Below, piece by piece: positions 41,939-44,870 of a DNA stretch of 44,870 nt; the first letter of the stretch is position 1, and every line of letters starts with the position of its first letter. Below the pieces are notes generated by a model. That model ran no database searches. It worked only from the letters and a program-made list of their open reading frames with translations, and had not been told where the DNA came from. The position numbers and the translations under genes are program-made. Origin of the DNA: Prevotellaceae bacterium (lineage in GTDB: Bacteria; Bacteroidota; Bacteroidia; Bacteroidales; UBA932); NCBI GenBank assembly GCA_031284065.1, contig JAITAP010000026.1:1-44870 (forward strand), in the 5' to 3' direction.

Positions 41939-44548
41939 ATGTATTTTCGATATGCGTATATGTGTTTGGTTGCTGCCACGCTACCGGCGTTTGCCGCCGG
42001 TCAGGTGTTGCGCGGCAGCATTACGGACAAATCCGGCAAACCCATTCCGTTTGCCACCGTTTACGTGCGCGAAATGCAGCTGGGCACATCGGCTGACGAG
42101 CACGGAGCGTTTGAGCTTAAGCTCCCCCGCGGCGCCTACACCTGCGTTTTTCAGCACATAGGCTACCAAACAAGCGTGGACAAGGTGGAGGTTACGGGGC
42201 AGGGCGCTGCGCTTGGGGTTACGCTCGCCGACAAGTCCTACGAGCTGGAGGCGGTCATTGTATCCAACAGCGGCGAGGATTACGCCTGCCACGTCATGCG
42301 CCGCGCCATTGCCATGGCGCCCTACTACAGCCACGAGGTGAGCAACTACAAAGCTGAGGTGTACCTCAAAGGCACGTGCAAGGTGGACCGCATATCGCGC
42401 GTGGTGAAAGCGCTGGTAAAAAGGGAGCTTAGGCAGGCGCAAATTAAGGAAAAGGAAACCTACCTGCTGGAGTCGATGAATGAGATAGAATTTTCCGAGC
42501 CAAACACTTACAAGCATAAGGTGCTTTCCTCAAAAAGCACGGTGCCTGTCGATCTTGGCAGCTTCAACACAATGAACTACGTAAACGTGAACGTGTACAG
42601 CCTTAACCTGCTGGCGCGCGACGCGCTGTCTAACTATCGCTTTGCATACGAGGGTATTGTGGAGGAGGAAAACATGGTTATCTGCAAGGTAAAGGTTACT
42701 CCGCGCAAAAAAAATCCGGGCTTGATGAGCGGCTACATCTACATCATAGAAGATACGTGGCGCGTGTACAGCGCTAACCTCAGCGGCAAGTTCCCCTTCG
42801 GAACGTTCAGCGCAGTGATGACAACCAACGAAATCCGCGACGGTATTCGGCTGCCTACCTCCTACAGCCTGACGGCAACGATGAAAGCCCTGGGCAACAA
42901 CGCCAACTTTGACTACACCGGCACAGTACGCTACAGCAACATCATCAAAAATACCAAAATAAAAAATCCGCTCGCAAGCGCCACGCCAACGCCGCCGCCC
43001 GCTGCGCCAACGGCAGACGCTACCGCTGCCAAAAGCGCGTCGGCCAAAAGCGCGTCCGACAGCATAAAGCTGAAAAAGCGACGCGACAAGCTGGCAAGCC
43101 TGCTGGAGCAGGAAGAGCTGAGTAACCGCGAAATGCTTAAGGTAAACAAGATGCTCAGGGAGGAATTGAAGAACCAAGAGCCGCAGCCGCTCAACATTAG
43201 CAGCCGCTACCGCGTGGAGGTGGACAGCAGCGCGCGCACGCGCGATACCGCCTACTGGAACGCCATTCGCCCCGTACCGCTCAAGCGCGAGGAGGCGGTC
43301 AGCTACCTCAAAGTGGACTCCCTCCGCGCGATAGCGCAGGTGCGCCGCGACTCCGCAAAAACGGGAAGCGGCAGGTTGGGTAACCTGATGCTCGGCACGC
43401 GCTACCAGCCCTCGCCGGCATTGCGCATTACGCACAGCGGGCTTATAGCGCCGTCGCTGCTCACCTTTAGCGCCGTCAACGGCTTTCACTACGGTCAGAA
43501 AATCGGGCTGCGAAAAATGCTTGCCGACAGCACGCTGCTGAACCTCAACGCCAACGTTGGCTGGGCGTTCAGCCGCAAGGCGTTCACGTGGAGGCTCAAC
43601 GGCGGCTACCAGTACATTCCGGAGCGTCGCGCGGAAGCCTTTTTTGACGTTGGGTGGTACGATACGGACTACAACGGCAGCCAGCGGGCGGACGTTATGA
43701 ACAGCGCGCTGGCGCTGCTGCTGCACAACAACTACAACCGCCTCTACGACCAACTCTACGTGAGCTTGGGCAACAATATTGACATTGCAAACGGGCTGTC
43801 GCTACAGGTTATGCTGTCGTACTACGACCGCAGCCGTCTGGAGAACAGCACGGAATTTTCGTTCTTTAACCGCAGCAAAAAGTATGCGCCCAACCTGCCG
43901 GACAACGAGTACGTAGATAATCGCCTTGAGCTGCACAGGTCAAGTGTTCTCAACGTGTCGCTCAGCTACACGCCGCAGTATTTTTACCGCATGAGAGGCC
44001 GGCAAAAACGCATGGCATACTCCAGCTACCCCACCTTCCGGCTTACGTGGCGCGAGGGTATTCCCAACATGCTGGGCAGCAAATCCGACTTTAGCTTCGC
44101 AAAGTTTTCCATTCATCAGACAAAAAATTTGGGCTTGCTGGAGGAATTTTTTTACCAAGTGGAGGGAGCGAAGTTTTTCCGCAGCAAGGAGGTTGATTTT
44201 CCCGATTTTTACCACTTCTCAATGCCGGGCTACGTGGGGCATACCGTCGGCGGCGCGAGCCGGGAGTATTCGCGCTACTACCGCTACAGCACGCCCGGAT
44301 GGGGCGCGCTGGCAGAAGTGCGATATACTACGCCGTTTTTGGCGCTCAAATTCTTGCCGCTGTTCAACAAAACGTACTGCCGCGAAAACGTGAGCCTGCG
44401 CACGCTGTACACGCCGCAGCAAAAATTCTACACCGAAGCCGAGTACGCCGTGAGCGAAATATTTTTTATGATGAGGCTGGGCGTTTTTGCCGGATTTGAA
44501 AACGAGCATTTTCGCACGGTGGGGGTAACGCTGAAGTTTAATCTTTAG
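41939..44548 (+). CDS. CarboxypepD_reg-like domain / DUF5686-type outer-membrane protein
   Basis: After the signal peptide, LRGSITDKSGKPIPFATVYVREMQLGTSADEHGAFELKLPRGAYTCVFQHIGYQT is a carboxypeptidase-regulatory-like domain. The long beta-rich C-terminus ends in an aromatic-rich strand. The start was moved downstream because the track ORF's 5' end lies in the repeat element. Confidence 0.65.
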   Translation: MYFRYAYMCLVAATLPAFAAGQVLRGSITDKSGKPIPFATVYVREMQLGTSADEHGAFELKLPRGAYTCVFQHIGYQTSVDKVEVTGQGAALGVTLADKSYELEAVIVSNSGEDYACHVMRRAIAMAPYYSHEVSNYKAEVYLKGTCKVDRISRVVKALVKRELRQAQIKEKETYLLESMNEIEFSEPNTYKHKVLSSKSTVPVDLGSFNTMNYVNVNVYSLNLLARDALSNYRFAYEGIVEEENMVICKVKVTPRKKNPGLMSGYIYIIEDTWRVYSANLSGKFPFGTFSAVMTTNEIRDGIRLPTSYSLTATMKALGNNANFDYTGTVRYSNIIKNTKIKNPLASATPTPPPAAPTADATAAKSASAKSASDSIKLKKRRDKLASLLEQEELSNREMLKVNKMLREELKNQEPQPLNISSRYRVEVDSSARTRDTAYWNAIRPVPLKREEAVSYLKVDSLRAIAQVRRDSAKTGSGRLGNLMLGTRYQPSPALRITHSGLIAPSLLTFSAVNGFHYGQKIGLRKMLADSTLLNLNANVGWAFSRKAFTWRLNGGYQYIPERRAEAFFDVGWYDTDYNGSQRADVMNSALALLLHNNYNRLYDQLYVSLGNNIDIANGLSLQVMLSYYDRSRLENSTEFSFFNRSKKYAPNLPDNEYVDNRLELHRSSVLNVSLSYTPQYFYRMRGRQKRMAYSSYPTFRLTWREGIPNMLGSKSDFSFAKFSIHQTKNLGLLEEFFYQVEGAKFFRSKEVDFPDFYHFSMPGYVGHTVGGASREYSRYYRYSTPGWGALAEVRYTTPFLALKFLPLFNKTYCRENVSLRTLYTPQQKFYTEAEYAVSEIFFMMRLGVFAGFENEHFRTVGVTLKFNL

Positions 44549-44630
44549 GCTACCGGCGAACTCTGGAGGTAAAACCACTACTGGCCGACTAAAAAAGTTT
44601 TCCATAAAAAAATCGTTCTGCGCAGGTTCC

Positions 44631-44751
44631 GCAGGAGCGACACTTGAGAATTTTGAATTTTGAATTTTGAATTGGCTAACGCCATCCCAAAGTCCCGCAG
44701 GGACTTGCTGTCGTAGGTTTTATAGTAATGTGCTCTCGTTGCAACAAAGTC
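44631..44751. repeat. GTTGCAACGAG-terminus element, copy E (degenerate left end)
   Basis: The right end TAATGTGCTCTCGTTGCAACAAAGTC runs 44726-44751. There is an internal hairpin AGTCCC-gca-GGGACT (44691-44705) and a (GAATTTT)x3.7 tandem tract (44648-44673). The layout parallels copy A. Confidence 0.6.
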
Positions 44752-44777
44752 ATTCTTAACCCCTAATTTACAAAAAT

Positions 44778-44870
44778 ATGGTTCTTTTTTTTCAGTCATC
44801 GGCAAGCGTTTTGGCGGTAAGCGCCGACAGCCCGCTCACGGGGCAAGACATCGAAAAGCTGGAGTGGCTT
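44778..44870 (+). CDS. purL: Probable 5' end of phosphoribosylformylglycinamidine synthase (partial; runs off the window)
   Basis: MVLFFQSSASVLAVSADSPLTGQDIEKLEWL resembles the M-x-LFF...(I/V)xAV...L(S/T)xxDxxKLxWL N-terminus of Bacteroidales large PurL as I recall it. Only 31 codons are visible. Confidence 0.45.
   Translation, partial: MVLFFQSSASVLAVSADSPLTGQDIEKLEWL

Noticed and set aside
3805-44751. Possibility that the recurring GTTGCAACGAGAGCACATTA sequence is a CRISPR repeat
   Set aside because: The copies are kilobases apart, occur in both orientations as terminal inverted repeats, and lack regular spacers. No cas genes are present.
44578-44805. 75-aa minus-strand ORF upstream of purL
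   Set aside because: It is composed of palindromic-element copy E and the (GAATTTT)n tract, so it is a repeat-derived artefact.

Overview
The window looks like a chromosomal segment of a moderately GC-rich Bacteroidota (Bacteroidales-like) genome. Evidence for that: many TAnnTTTG -7 promoter boxes, lipoprotein LxxC signals, and Bacteroidota-typical genes (DUF4834, a DUF5686/CarboxypepD_reg protein, rpoN next to asnS). Most of it is housekeeping: asnS, rpoN, sufB, argB, hom, apbE, hemW, rluB-like, kduI, purA, a glpD-glpT-glpQ-porin locus, tadA, tRNA-Gln and the purL 5' end. There are no rRNA genes and no CRISPR array.

Two visibly AT-rich accessory islets interrupt this background.

(1) About 12.8-17.1 kb, between argB and a GH29 fucosidase:
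- an intact antitoxin-like gene next to a decayed PIN toxin;
- a translationally coupled pair, an ABC/AAA_15-21-type ATPase plus a 164-aa partner with a PD-(D/E)xK-like pattern. I could not assign it to a named system, and it is my top candidate for an undescribed defence module;
- immediately downstream, a 1964-bp IS1595-derived composite with 12-bp terminal inverted repeats. It carries a 266-bp MITE, a decayed Phd-like antitoxin, a Bro-N::Fic fusion and a gutted transposase. It is bracketed by 86-bp direct repeats that duplicate the 3' end of the 164-aa gene.

(2) About 39.3-41.9 kb, right after tRNA-Gln:
- bounded by inverted ~65-bp copies of a palindromic element;
- carries a standalone nuclease-like ORF, a small Cys-rich lipoprotein, a tandemly duplicated pair of tiny membrane peptides with near-leaderless promoters, iteron-like repeats and a perfect 44-bp direct repeat.

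A family of about 125-175-bp palindromic elements with GTTGCAACGAG termini occurs at least four times in the window. Other REP-like hairpins are also common. All functional calls come from motif recognition by eye; no database search was possible.
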